The notes beneath the pieces were generated by a model. It was given only the letters and a program-made list of their open reading frames with translations, was not told where the DNA came from and searched no databases. 64,000 nucleotides of DNA from Callorhinchus milii (taxonomy: Eukaryota), in contig NW_024704743.1 in assembly GCF_018977255.1 (NCBI RefSeq), positions 37,140,001 to 37,204,000 of the forward strand, in the 5' to 3' direction. The position numbers and the translations under genes are program-made. Below are positions 62,936-64,000 of this stretch, piece by piece; position 1 is the first letter of the stretch; each line of letters opens with the position of its first letter.

Positions 62936-63223
62936 GGAGTCCTGTAGCTCAATGGTTAGAGCACTCGCTTTGCAAGTGAGAGACCTGAGTTCAATTCCAG
63001 GCAGGAAACCTTGGGCAAGTTTCCTTACTCCACACAGAGCCTAATAATAATCCCTCCAAAAACCAAAAAAACAATAATAAATTGGTCATTTTCAATCCAC
63101 GACTGTTTGTGGGACACTGCTGTGCGCAATTGGCTGCCGCGTTTGCTCACAACTATACAGTCAATTTACTTTACAGTATATTCTGTGAAGCGCTTTGGGA
63201 CGTCAAGAAGACGTGAAAAACGC
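62936..63223 (+). mobile_element. SINE family A short form, young copy
   Basis: GGAGTCCTGTAGCTCAATGG head with the same body; tail clipped. Confidence 0.9.
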
Positions 63224-63532
63224 TCAGACTAAGCCCAGTTCCTCTTTTCTCTCGAAAACTCCTTCAATTCCAGAGATAAACTTCCAGAATTATTTCAAAA
63301 TCCTGGGTAGACCTGTTTCATGTAGGGTTAGCAGCCACCTTCCTGCACCTCACCCTAGCAACCACTTATCATTCGGTATCCAAAAAAAAATCGCCTCAGA
63401 GAGTGTTAAGCTCTCATTTGGATTGAAGTTTCTTCCTTTTATTTGTCCAAGCAATATTCCTTCACATCTGGCAGGATAAACACACCCGATCCGGATGTAA
63501 CTTGGTGAGGGAATTAACAAACATTTTTCTTT

Positions 63533-64000
63533 CAACAACAACAACAACAACAACAAGATTCCATTCATTGAACGCCTTTCACGTCGGGAGGACGTCCCAA
63601 GGTGCTGTACAGTTGGGTCAGGACCCGAGCAGGGGGGAAATGGTCAGGGTGAGGGGAGGGAAGGGAGGGAGCGAGGAGTGGGAAGAGAGTCGAGAGGGGA
63701 GCTGAAGGCACGGTCAAAGAGAAAGGTCTTGAGACCGGCCTTGAAGGAGGAAAGGGAGGAAGCGGCGAAGGCACTGGGGGATGGAGTTCCAGAGCCTCGG
63801 GGCTGAGAGGCTGAAGGCCCAACCACCGATGGTAGGGCGGTTGGGGCGGGGGACGTGGAGCAGACCGGAGCCAGAGGAACGGAGGGTACGGGCAGGTAGG
63901 TAGGGGGATAGTAGGTCGGAGAGGTAGGAGGGAGCAAGGCCGTGCATGGTCTTGTAGGTGAGGATGAGGATCTTGAATTCGATCCTCTGGGGGATGGGGA
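63533..64000 (-). mobile_element. Young L2 3' fragment (continues past the window end)
   Basis: MHGLAPSYLSDLL..RTLRSS..GGWAFSLSAPRLWNSIP; (TTG)n tail at 63533. Confidence 0.92.

Overview
This is vertebrate genomic DNA, probably a cartilaginous fish such as a chimaera. That is inferred from the tRNA/Deu-type SINEs, the CR1 and L2 LINE content and the protein divergence; it is not proven. Two genes are recognisable, divergently oriented as at human 3p21. TMEM158 is an intronless CDS on the minus strand (12935-13765) in a CpG-rich island. LARS2 (mitochondrial leucyl-tRNA synthetase) has 11 consecutive coding exons on the plus strand (46771-61114; 515 codons with consistent phases, the KMSKS motif and one GC-AG intron). 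I could not find the LARS2 5' exons (HIGH motif); they may lie in the 25-N assembly gap at 42614-42638. Its last exons probably lie beyond the window. The rest is mostly retroelement debris: two tRNA-derived SINE families sharing a Deu-like core and an L2-type tail, CR1 and L2 fragments, at least two MITE-like elements and two large tandem arrays (14270-15826 upstream of TMEM158; 39440-42613 ending at the gap). I found no evidence for a new enzymatic or defence system. The most interesting items are regulatory or structural: a stop-start uORF on TMEM158, a ~50-unit promoter-proximal minisatellite, inverted SINEs bracketing a LARS2 exon, an L2 split by 3.1 kb with a 31-bp duplication, and nested retroelement stacks. 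Repeat boundaries are approximate and family names rest on recalled consensus sequences, not database searches.
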